This document shows positions 1 through 31,500 of a DNA stretch of 64,000 nucleotides, in pieces. The notes beneath the pieces are model-generated. The model saw only the letters and a program-made list of their open reading frames with translations. It ran no database searches and was not told the origin of the DNA. The DNA comes from Octopus vulgaris (taxonomy: Eukaryota), in contig OX597832.1 of NCBI GenBank assembly GCA_951406725.2, positions 26,846,001 through 26,910,000 on the forward strand, written 5' to 3'. The translations under genes and the position numbers were made by a program. Within the stretch, counting starts at the first letter, position 1; each line of letters opens with the position of its first letter.

Positions 1-145
1 GACGAAATGGTGCTGAGTTCAAATTTCTTCAAGGCTGACTTTGCCTTTCATCCTTTTGGGGTTGATGAAATAAGGACCAGGTCAGCCCAGGAGTCAATGT
101 AATTGACTAGCCCCAACCACTCAAATTTCAGGCCTTGTTTCTATA

Positions 146-494
146 CAGTTCTATGTTTAAGAGATGAGGAATCATGTGCATTATTTACATTATTTACATT
201 TGACGGATGTTTGTCCTCATCATGATTGTTGTTAACACAATGTTTCGGGCATATGGCATAGTGGTTAAGAGTGCAGGCTGCTAATCCAAAGATTCTGAGT
301 TTGATTACAGGCAGTGACCTGAATAACAACAACAACACACAACAATAATAATATCGAAGAATACCTTAGGAATGAGAACCCAGGTTCGAAATTTCCCCAA
401 GATACCTGATGAAGGCTGGAGGGTAAATCAGCCGAAATGTTGTGTTAACAGCAAACAAGATGAGGACAAATATCCATCAAATGTAAATAATGTA
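146..494 (+). mobile_element. tRNA-headed, hammerhead-containing Penelope-like non-autonomous retroelement, copy 1
   Basis: Inverted copy of the 3' tail (146-248), tRNA-like A/B boxes (254-307), (AAT/AAC)n, hammerhead motif 401-446; TSD CTTGTTTCTATA at 134-145 and 495-506. Confidence 0.7.
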
Positions 495-1605
495 CTTGTT
501 TCTATATATAAAGATATGCTAAGGCAGAATGTGTTATGCTGTTACATGGTAATCTGAAGGGAGAGGTGAAGAGCGAGAGAAAAAGAGTGAGACAGAAGTG
601 TTAATGACATGAGGTAGGAGGAAAATAATAGTTATTACAGGCTTAAAAAGTTAATGGAAGGGAGAGATATAGAGAAAAAGAGTGAGAAATACAATGTCTA
701 GAAGATGTTCTGGTGGTGAGGTTAAAGAAATGCAGAGAGAAAGAGAGTGAGAGAAGGAATGGTAGTTTTATTAAGAATGAGAGTTGAGGGTGGTGATGCT
801 GTGCCAGCTGATGTATTACACTGTCATGTGGTTAATGGAAGTGAAAGGAGAAAGAGAAAGAGAGAAATAAGAACATGAAGAGGGGAATGACTTACTGTTT
901 TACTTGTTTCAGTCATTTGACTGTGGCCATGCTGGAGCACCGCCTTTAGTTGAGCAAATCGACCCCAGGACTTATTCTTTGTAAGCCCAGTACTTATTCT
1001 ATTGGTCTCTTTTGCCAAACCACTAAGTGACGGGGACATAAACACACCAGCATCGGTTGTCAAGCAACGAAATCCACTCACAAGGCTTTGGTCGGCCCGA
1101 GGCTATAGTGGAAGACAGTTGCCCATGATGCCACGCAGTGAGACTGAACCCGGAACCATGTGGTTGGTTAGCAAGCTACTTACCAAACAGCCACTCCTGT
1201 GCCTATATATATATACATATATACGACAGGCTTCTTTCAGTTTCCGTCTACCAAATCCACTCACAAGGCTTTGGTCGGCCCGAGGCTATAGTGGAAGACA
1301 GTTGCCCAAGGTGCCACGCAGTGAGACTGAACCCGGAACCATGTGGTTGGTAAACAAGCTACTTACCACACAGCCACTCCTATCTTGTTGAAGTAAGAGA
1401 TAGAGAGAAAAAGAGAGAGAGATAAAGTATTTAGCAGTTAGAAATTTTAAACCTCAAATATTATTGTGACCGACAAGAAAATAACATTTTGAGATTCAAT
1501 ATTTTATATCTTCTACGTGTCAAACATTGACAAATACATTGATGGGTGGACTGTAGGTACTCTTGGTGCTGGAAATTTTTTATTAAAAAAAAACTGTCTG
1601 GTCAC

Positions 1606-21953
<20,348 letters not shown>

Positions 21954-21999
21954 CTCTATCTACCTTTCACTGGAACATGTGTATTTGCTGTGTATACTG

Positions 22000-22013
22000 G
22001 TTGCCAAGGCAAC
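22000..22013. promoter_or_regulatory. RFX X-box upstream of the ciliary gene RSPH10B
   Basis: GTTGCCAAGGCAAC, a near-perfect palindromic X-box (GTNRCC-N0-3-RGYAAC), about 47 bp upstream of the RSPH10B ATG. Confidence 0.8.
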
Positions 22014-22134
22014 GACCTCCTCGGAAAGACTTGACCGAAAACTCAACACTTGTTCTTTCATTTTTCTTTCTTTACTTTATCGCTTTTGCTTTCGTATATA
22101 CAAACAGACATAATTTAATATCCACTTCATATTT

Positions 22135-22244
22135 ATTGATATATAATTTCATATTTATATATACCATAATAATATATATATATATATATATACACACACG
22201 CACATATTGATATATAATTTTATATTTATATATACCATAATAAT

Positions 22245-22280
<36 letters not shown>

Positions 22281-22300
22281 TTGATTTATAATTACCATAA

Positions 22301-22355
<55 letters not shown>

Positions 22356-22490
22356 GCACATATTGATTTATAATTTTATATTTATATATACCATAATAAT
22401 ATATATATATGTATGTATATATACACACACATTGCTATATAATTTTATATTTATATATACCATAATAATTATATATATGTATGTATATAA
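22135..22490. repeat. AT-rich minisatellite with embedded (TA)n(CA)n
   Basis: Recurrent ATTGATATATAATTTTATATTTATATATACCATAATAAT unit, about 5 copies, plus one more near 22845. Confidence 0.8.
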
Positions 22491-22494
22491 ATAA

Positions 22495-22687
22495 AAGAGG
22501 CAGGCAACAGGTTGCTTAGCCACATACCGAAAAAATTAGAAATAGCAGTCAAAGACTGTTTATTTCTATTTTCTACAAATGAGTCCTATGTGGAGTCCCA
22601 CTTGTAGAAAATAGAAATAAACAGTCTTTGACTGCTATTTCTAATTTTTTCGGTATGTGGCTAAGCAACCTGTTGCCTGCTTCTCTT
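22495..22687. repeat. Near-perfect ~190-bp hairpin (inverted repeat)
   Basis: GCAGGCAACAGGTTGCTTAGCCACATACCG...CTACAA is mirrored after a ~20-nt loop. Confidence 0.9.
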
Positions 22688-22956
22688 ATGTATATACATA
22701 CATATATACACTGAACTTTATAGAAGTTCCTACCGTTAATGCATGCCGAAACCTACCAGTAAATAATTGTTGGGCTTTTTTAAAACCATTAAAGATATTA
22801 TTTACTCTTATTATATTACTATGTATGTATACACACACACACACATTGATATATAATTTTATATTTATATATACTATAATAATTATATATATGTATGTAT
22901 GTATATACACACGCACATATACGTGAGTGTACGTTGTACACGTGTATATATAAATA

Positions 22957-23200
22957 CAGGGTGTGTCCAAAAGTCACCTGACAGTAAATCAAAACCGTTT
23001 AATTTAATTCCAAGATTTATTTATGTTTAACCGAATGACTTTAATTAATAAAAGCATCTAAACACGAAGCACCATGGAAATACTTCAAAACCGAAGTCCT
23101 TCTTGACCAACACATTTTCCCATTCGACTCAATAAAGAACTACAAATAGTTTTATTTATGGAATTTTGCTCTATTGTCAGGTTACGTTTGGCCAACCCCG
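22957..23200. mobile_element. Tc1/mariner-like MITE
   Basis: TA-flanked imperfect TIR CAGGGTGTGTCCAAAAGTCACCTGACA / TGTCAGGTTACGTTTGGCCAACCCCG. Confidence 0.6.
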
Positions 23201-23229
<29 letters not shown>

Positions 23230-23231
<2 letters not shown>

Positions 23232-23345
23232 TTATTTTATAGAAGGAGCTTCTACAGGACTAGAACTGTTTCATTCAGATGAAATCTTCAGGAAACCTGA
23301 ATGAAACAGTTCTAGTCCTGTAGAAGCTCCTTCTATAAAATAAAT
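23230..23345. repeat. ~115-bp hairpin (inverted repeat)
   Basis: TTTTATAGAAGGAGCTTCTACAGGACTAGAACTGTTTCATTCAG is mirrored after a short loop. Confidence 0.9.
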
Positions 23346-23556
23346 TACTTTACTCTGTTATGTATTGAGTACCTTATTTACTGTGGTTAACCCCGACTCA
23401 ACCCGGGACCTACATATATATATATTTATATATAATTTTATATACATAACGGTTAGTTCTTCGTTACAGTCGAGGGTCACCAATTGTAATTATTGTTCTT
23501 AAGGTGTTGGTTGCCAGTGTAACGGTTTTTATTATGATGATATATATAATATATAA

Positions 23557-24918
23557 GGTACTTGTCAATTGTCGTGGTCCCGGTTTTGCACACGCGAATT
23601 CGCGCGCGCGCGCGCGCAGACGTAGGTACTCGATACTCGAGATCCTACGAGGTGACTTGCGCATGCGCAGTGCAGAATTCGCGCGTGCGCGTTAAACCCC
23701 CCCCCCCCTAAAAAAAAAAGGTGTTGGATTTCACTAAAAATATATGTGTGTGTGTGTGTGTATATATAACATTTTCAATTTTACACAAAAAAATTACATA
23801 GTCGCTTTCCTCGCGGATTTACAGAGAAATGAATTAATTACTATTTTACAGAATAAAATTAATGAATTAATTATATAAATTAAATAATTCTTGAAAATTA
23901 ATTAATATTAATAATATTTTTTGAACAAAGTAAATAATTTATAAAACTTGGTTAATAATTTTTTTTACACAAACGCGAACGTATATAATTTGTGAAACTT
24001 TTTTTTTTTACAGACGTATATAATTTGGTAAACTTAATGAATTAATTTCTTCTCATCATCATCATCGTTTAACGTCCGTTCTCCATGCCAGCATGGGTTG
24101 GACGGTTCGACCGGGGATCTGGGAAGCCAGAAGGCTGCACCAGACTCCAGTCTTATCTGGCAATGTTTCTACAGCTGGATGCCCTTCCTAACGCCAACCA
24201 CTCCGAGAGTGTAGTGGGTGCTTTTTACATGCCACCCGCACAGGTGCCAGGCGAGGCTGGCAACGGCCACGGTCGGATTGGTGCCAGTCGAGGCGGCTCT
24301 GGCATCGGCCACGATTCGGATAGTGCTTTTTACGTACCACCAGTCCAGGGGTCCTGGCATTTGCCGGGTGCCACACTTGCCCCAACATGTCTTCGCAAGC
24401 AAAGGGGGTTGGCATGGGTGCCTGTCGTGGGATGAGGTTCGATATCAACTTCGCTTGCCTCAACAGGTCTTTGTGTATAAATGTATAAATTTTTCGCACT
24501 AAATTCTTTCCGTAGAATTTATAAAAAAACGCGCAAAATTATTCCGTAGACTTTATCAAATTAAAAAACGCAAAATTAATATATTTTTTGAAATTGCAAA
24601 TTATTTAGAATATAAAACAAATTAAGTTAAATTTTAAAAATAAATGTCATATACTTATACTCTGTAAGGTGCTGTGTTCACACTTCAATTTACTATTTTC
24701 TAGAAATGTTGCTTTTCTAATTGAAACAATTTTTCTCAATCTCCATTTAAAAGTCCATAATGCCTCTTGAGCCATATCAAAATGAACAACTTTGAATTAC
24801 CCGGTGGTGGTGGTGTGAGGTTCTAATTTTTTTCTGATCTCTCTTTGCCCCCCCTAGATGGAGGTGTGGTGGGGAGACAGATGAAAGATGTTTCATTCTC
24901 TACTATATATGTATATAT

Positions 24919-24949
<31 letters not shown>

Positions 24950-26444
24950 TATTTCTTAAACCTACACGATATAGTCTATAAATTTGGGATGTTTTTGAAA
25001 GATAATATATTTTGTCATCAGAATATATATACTTTCTCACACTACAATTAAGATATATTTATTTTAAATCGTTCATCTTTTCCCGCGACAACAAAAATTG
25101 GGCGCGAAAATTTTTCTAAATATTAGCTGAATGAACAACTGAGATAAAGAGGGGGCAAAGAGAGATCAGAAAAAAAATTAGAACCTCACACCACCACCAC
25201 CGGGTAATTCAAAGTTGTTCATTTTGATATGGCTCAAGAGGCATTATGGACTTTTAAATGGAGATTGAGAAAAATTGTTTCAATTAGAAAAGCAACATTT
25301 CTAGAAAATAGTAAATTGAAGTGTGAACACAGCACCTTACAGAGTATAAGTATATGACATTTATTTTTAAAATTTAACTTAATTTGTTTTATATTCTAAA
25401 TAATTTGCAATTTCAAAAAATATATTAATTTTGCGTTTTTTAATTTGATAAAGTCTACGGAATAATTTTGCGCGTTTTTTTATAAATTCTACGGAAAGAA
25501 TTTAGTGCGAAAAATTTATACATTTATACACAAAGACCTGTTGAGGCAAGCGAAGTTGATATCGAACCTCATCCCACGACAGGCACCCATGCCAACCCCC
25601 TTTGCTTGCGAAGACATGTTGGGGCAAGTGTGGCACCCGGCAAATGCCAGGACCCCTGGACTGGTGGTACGTAAAAAGCACTATCCGAATCGTGGCCGAT
25701 GCCAGAGCCGCCTCGACTGGCACCAATCCGACCGTGGCCGTTGCCAGCCTCGCCTGGCACCTGTGCGGGTGGCATGTAAAAAGCACCCACTACACTCTCG
25801 GAGTGGTTGGCGTTAGGAAGGGCATCCAGCTGTAGAAACATTGCCAGATAAGACTGGAGTCTGGTGCAGCCTTCTGGCTTCCCAGATCCCCGGTCGAACC
25901 GTCCAACCCATGCTGGCATGGAGAACGGACGTTAAACGATGATGATGATGAGAAGAAATTAATTCATTAAGTTTACCAAATTATATACGTCTGTAAAAAA
26001 AAAAAGTTTCACAAATTATATACGTTCGCGTTTGTGTAAAAAAAATTATTAACCAAGTTTTATAAATTATTTACTTTGTTCAAAAAATATTATTAATATT
26101 AATTAATTTTCAAGAATTATTTAATTTATATAATTAATTCATTAATTTTATTCTGTAAAATAGTAATTAATTCATTTCTCTGTAAATCCGCGAGGAAAGC
26201 GACTATGTAATTTTTTTGTGTAAAATTGAAAATGTTATATATACACACACACACACACATATATTTTTAGTGAAATCCAACACCTTTTTTTTAGGGGGGG
26301 GGGTTTAACGCGCACGCGCGAATTCTGCACTGCGCATGCGCAAGTCACCTCGTAGGATCTCGAGTATCGAGTACCTACGTCTGGCGCGCGCGCGCGCGCG
26401 AATTCGCGTGTGCAAAACCGGGACCACGACAATTGACAAGTACC
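23557..26444. mobile_element. Non-autonomous foldback DNA transposon (Merlin- or Mutator-like), ~1.3-kb inverted arms
   Basis: Arms 23557-24852 and 25151-26444 are near-identical reverse complements around a ~300-bp spacer; termini GGTAC...GTACC; perfect 9-bp TSD AATATATAA (23548-23556 and 26445-26453); no transposase ORF. Confidence 0.88.
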
Positions 26445-26625
26445 AATATATAATATAATGAAATTATTGTATACAGTGCTCAGGTGCACCACAACTTGTC
26501 AAAAAGTGCGTGTAAAGTATATATGCAGGATATATGTTGGAGTCGGGTATTGTTGATGCTGATGGGCAAGATGAACGAAGAAGCAGTGATAGAAGTTGTA
26601 AAGAAATATTTATTTGCCGTTACTT

Positions 26626-26663
<38 letters not shown>

Positions 26664-26757
26664 AAACCACGACGGGTTGGTATGTATAAGTATTTGGGTT
26701 GGTGCATAATTATTGCAGCTTTTTTTTCAACAATTTTTTATTAAAAAAAACAAACAA

Positions 26758-26998
26758 GGTACTACTAGTGAACAAGTGGTCCCGGTGCGTGCACTCGCGC
26801 GTCCGCGCTAGCTAGTCGTGACTAGTCGATCCTACAACGGCTACGTAGCAAAGTAAATAAAACACAAAATAAATAATTTTTTGTTAAACAAAGTAAGTAA
26901 AACACAAAATAACACACAAAAACACAAAGTAAGGATCGACTAGTCATGACAAGCTTGCGCGAGTGCGCGCACCGGGACCACTGTTCGCTGGTAGTTCC
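26758..26998. mobile_element. Merlin-like MITE nested in a mariner derivative
   Basis: TIR GG(T/A)ACTAC...GTGGTCCCGGTGCG; TSD AACAAACAA / AAAAAACAA (one mismatch). Confidence 0.78.
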
Positions 26999-27159
26999 AA
27001 AAAACAATAATAATATTTAACAAAAAACATCTTTAAATGACGGTCTGATCGTCTGCCAAGCAAATGGGAGGCAGTAATTGAAGTAGGTGGTGAATATGCT
27101 CCAGAATAATCACTTAAAAATGTTTTTGTTACATGTTATTGTTTTTGTTGAGAAAAAGC

Positions 27160-27370
27160 GGTACTATTTAAGAAGAGTGGTCCCGGTGCGCGCATCCGCG
27201 TACTCGCGCTAGCTAGTCGTGACTAGTCGATCCTTACTTTGTGTTTTATTTACTTTGTTTAAAAACATTATTTATTTTGTGTTTTATTTACTTTGCTAGG
27301 TAGTCGTTGTAGGATCGGCTAGTCACGACTAGCTAGCGCGAGTGCGCGCACCGGGGGCCACTCTTCTACC
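27160..27370. mobile_element. Merlin-like MITE nested at the inner edge of the mariner right TIR
   Basis: Same family as 15131-15371; right TIR partly deleted; AAAAAGC duplicated on both sides. Confidence 0.75.
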
Positions 27371-27602
27371 AAAAAGCCTCAATAATTATGCACCAACCCA
27401 ATAGTAAATGGAAAAGCATGCGAGGTAAAAAGAGTGAATTTCGGCCGGTTTGTGTGTACACGTTCTTATTGCAGTAGTAAACCATAGATAGTGATAGAAT
27501 GATGTTGTGAGAGAAAAGAAATTGAGTTGGTGAAAGTTATAGAGTCTAGGGGAATTAATTGTGTCTCATAATTGGCTGATTGTAACCTTTCTTCCTCTAA
27601 CC

Positions 27603-27799
27603 CAGTGGTTTTCAACCTGGGTTCATCGGAACCTTAGGGTTCCGCAAGAAGTTACAAAACTGCTAGATTCGACAGTAATTTTTAATTCTCCTGTGCAGAT
27701 ATGTGTGCATAAGACTATTAAATTATTGCACAGGGGTTCCTCGAGCCAGTGGAATATTTCCTTGGGGTTCCGCTCCAGCAAAAAGTTTGAAAAGCACTG
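27603..27799. mobile_element. hAT (Charlie-like) MITE
   Basis: TIR CAGTGGTTTTCAAC / TTTGAAAAGCACTG; 8-bp TSD CTCTAACC / GTCTAACC. Confidence 0.75.
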
Positions 27800-28566
27800 G
27801 TCTAACCGTTTGTCTTTAGTAGCTGCCTGATTGTGACCATGGCTCTAGTTGGTCTCTGTTCACTAATTTCTTTTATTTGGCACACAGGTCATGACACAGA
27901 GGGGACAGCACAAGGACAAGACAAAAAAACATTTAGGGGCTGGGGTTATACATTAGTTAATTCGTCTAAAAAGCGAATATAATGATCTGTCATTTCTCCT
28001 GTTAGACTTTTGGTCTTGGTCAAAGTTTTTCTCACGCGAAGGTTTTTAACCCTGAGTAACCATTTGGCGCAGATCAAAAGGTCTTCTGTGTCTTTATGGA
28101 CATGACTATGACTGCTCCTCAATGCATACAACTTGGTCATGCTTGTTATAGTGCTGGTGATGAAGTAGTTTGTGTTGTGGTAGTTGGGTGGTGGTGGTAC
28201 TGCTGCTTGTGGTGGGGCCAGTGCCAGTGATGATGGTGGTGGTGCTGGTTGCAGTGATGATGGTGGTGCTGGCGGTGGTGTTGATGCTGGTTCCGCTACT
28301 TGTATTTTTGTTTTACCCAAAGATGGTCAAGAGATTTTAAAGAAGTTTATCAATTTCAGAAGAACAACAGATAAAGTCTACAAACCATATATTTATTTAC
28401 AAAAGCATTTTCCTTTTTTTTTTCCCTCATTTCAGATGATGTCTATTTTCTGCAACACACAAACTGCAACCTTGGTTTCCTGACATGAGACACATCATTC
28501 CAGATCTTTCTATAACAATACAGAAGAACTCTACAACCCAGTGCAAAGCTGATTTACACCCTAAAC

Positions 28567-31500
28567 ATGCTTAGCCACGAGATTAACAACAATGACTCTA
28601 GTGCATTCCATTTTTACATAATTAGTTTTTTAATTGCTCTGTGCAGTATGTTCATTAAGATGCCACAGATTAAAAACATTCTTCACGCCAAGAAGGCCAA
28701 AAGTGTCAGTTTGCGGGCAGTGTTGACCGAGACTTGTGGGTAAGTTGGTCAGCTTTTGTTTGCTCTTTATTTATTGGTTTGTTTTTCAAGGAATGGTGGA
28801 ATGGTGGTGGTAATGAGGTAGTGGTCATAATCATCATCATCATCATTTAATGTCCGCTTTCCATGCTAGCATGGGTTGGACGGTTCAACTGGGGTCTGGG
28901 AAGCCAGGAGGCTGCATCAGGCCCAGTCTGATCTGGCAATGTTTCTACGGCTGGATGCCCTTCTTAATGCCAACCACTCCGTGAGTGTAGTGGGTGCTTT
29001 TTACGTGCCACCGGCCAGATGGCCATGGACGGATGGTGATTTTTACGTGCCACCGGCATGGGGGCCAGGCGAGGCTGGCAACGGCCACGATCGGATGGTG
29101 CTTTTTACGTGTGGTAGTGTTAGTGGTGTTGCTGGTGGTGGCACATGTAACGATAATGGTAAGCGGTTGTTGTGATGGCCATGGTGGGGGTGGTTGTATT
29201 ATTTTTTGGTACAGAGATGGCCAAGGGGTTAAGATGTTTGGTTATATATATATCATCTTCATCATCATGTAACGTCTGTTATTCATGGTGGTTTGAGTTG
29301 GACAGTTTGACTGGGCTGGCATACTGGAAGGCTGCACCAGACTCCAGTCTGATTTGACATGTTTTTTTACAGCTGGACACCCTTCCTAATGCTAACCACT
29401 CTGAGAGTGTAATGGGTTCTTTTACGTGCCACTGGCATGGGTGCCAATTTGTATGTTACCAGGGTGCATTTACATGCCACTGGCATGGATGTTGATTTGC
29501 GTAACACAGGTATCTGCCACAACTGCGATTTTGCTTGGTTTGATGGATCTTCTCCAGCATAATATAATGCCAAAAGTGTCAGTCATTGCCTTCGTGAGGC
29601 CCAACACTCAAAAGGAACTCAGTTACTTTGCCTCTGTGAGGCCCAACACTTGAAAAGAACTCAGCCACTTTGCCTTCGTGAGGCCCAATGTTCAAAAGAT
29701 GTTCTTTATATGCTACCAGCACAGGTGCACTTGGCTTGATGGGTCTTCTCAAGCAAAGCACATCGCCAAAGGTCTCGGTTACCAGTCATTGCCTCTGTAA
29801 GGCTCAAAGTTCAAAGATCGTGCTTTACCCCCCTTTTCCCATGTCTTCTTGGGTCTACCCCTAACACAGGTTCTCTCCACAGCTGGAGATTGGTACTTCT
29901 TTACACAGCTGTCCTTATCTCTATTCATATATATATATGTGTGTATATATAAAAAATTTTCAGAATGAGATAAAAATCCAAGGCTGTGAAAGATTTTAGA
30001 ACATTTATAAATAGGTGTTACAGGTGTTTTAACTGTTCAATAATTAGATTTGTAAATGGTTTTTGATTTATTTGGTTATTTCCATTGATTAATTAATTAA
30101 TTAATTAATTTTGCTGTTTTACTGTTTATTTTCGTTATCTTTTCTTGACAGCCATTCCATTGTTCTGGTGTACCATTTTGCCATGAGTTACCCCTTCACC
30201 AGTTATTCCGAATATATCTTCTTGGTGCCGCAAGGTAAACGAAAAACTATTTTTATTTTTAAAAACTGTTATATCTTTTTTTATATTCTACCATCAGTCT
30301 TTTTTGATTATAACCTTAATATTGTCCTACAGTAAACATAAATATATTTTAAAACATGGAAGCATATTTTACAACATTAACCCTTCTGCTACCATATTTC
30401 TATTGAAATACTACATGTGTTTGAATTACAAAAGAGAAGCTGATCTCCATCTATCTGTCCTTAACAACTTCTGTGTTCAGAGAGGAAAGAAGGGGAAGAG
30501 AAAAGGTTGTTGTTGAGAAGGAAATACAACAATGAATGTTTGAAAGATAGATAAGTAGGTAGTGTTGTCCCCTTAGTAACTAACAAGTTTTGATTAAAAA
30601 CGTGGGAATTTCAATTGCAAGTCTGTCAACACAATGCAACACAGACTTAAAAAAAACACTATGTATGTATGTGTGTGTATATATATATATATATATATAG
30701 GTTATTTTTGTTTGATTGTGCCTTTCAACAGGCTATAATTCAAATACAATTGTGTTTTTTGTTTTTTACAGATTTAATTCTCTTGTGTCTTTTGCTCTAC
30801 TACAACGATAGATTCGACATGAGAGTTGTAACTGGATTCATGGTGTATCCTTTTGAGCTCATACTTTGATATCATCATCATCGCCATCATCACCACCACC
30901 ACCACTGCCACCAACAACAACAACACTACCACCATCATCATCATCATTGCCATAACCACTTTTCCATACTTGCATGAATCAGACAGATTTTGTTGAGGAA
31001 GATTTTATTTTCTACAGCTAGACTCCTTTTGCTGACACCAACCCTTAGCTGTTTCTCAGCAAGGTAACATTACCCCATGGCCAGATATGTTTTTCATGGA
31101 AAACAGGAAATGAATGACCCCCATTTATGATGACGGTGTTGTTTGCTTAAAGTTATCATCAAACGTCATGTGATGTCATGGACAAGGAGGTATACACAGT
31201 CCAGAGCTTCAGTAAAAGATGCTGTATTGTGGGACGGAACCTGTAACCACTAGGTCAGGGAGTAAAAGGTGGCAAGCTGGCAGAATCATTCCTCCTTGTT
31301 TTTCTCTGTGTCCCTTTCTGTAGAAGAGCGTAAGCTCGAAACGTAAAAGACTTTTTCTATTCCTGAGCGTTATACTAATACATCTGTTTGTTTTGTACAC
31401 CACCTGTCTTCGTCTTTTGTTTTTTCGTAAACTCTCCCTATATATATATATATATATATATCCTTGTTTCTCTCCTTGTTTTTTATCTGCGTCCCTTTCT

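Larger units (their letters stand above)
26694..27401 (+). mobile_element. Internally deleted mariner element with Hsmar1-like TIRs
   Basis: TIR TTGGGTTGGTGCATAATTATTG at both ends; residual transposase C-terminus DRLPSKWEAVIEVGGEYAPE* at about 27048-27110. Confidence 0.75.

Noticed and set aside
248-320. tRNA gene
   Set aside because: Has A/B boxes but no proper acceptor stem and is fused to repeat sequence; treated as a SINE-type head. The same applies to 18010-18085.
24085-25919. Mirror-identical 77-116 aa ORFs on both strands
   Set aside because: They come from the non-coding retroelement copy in each foldback arm; similar peptides recur at every copy and show no transposase motifs.
27946-28483. 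Pro-rich (minus) and Gly-rich (plus) ORFs
   Set aside because: Degenerate (GGT)n low-complexity tract with no splice context or recognisable domain; the flanks may be a transposon relic but I cannot support that.
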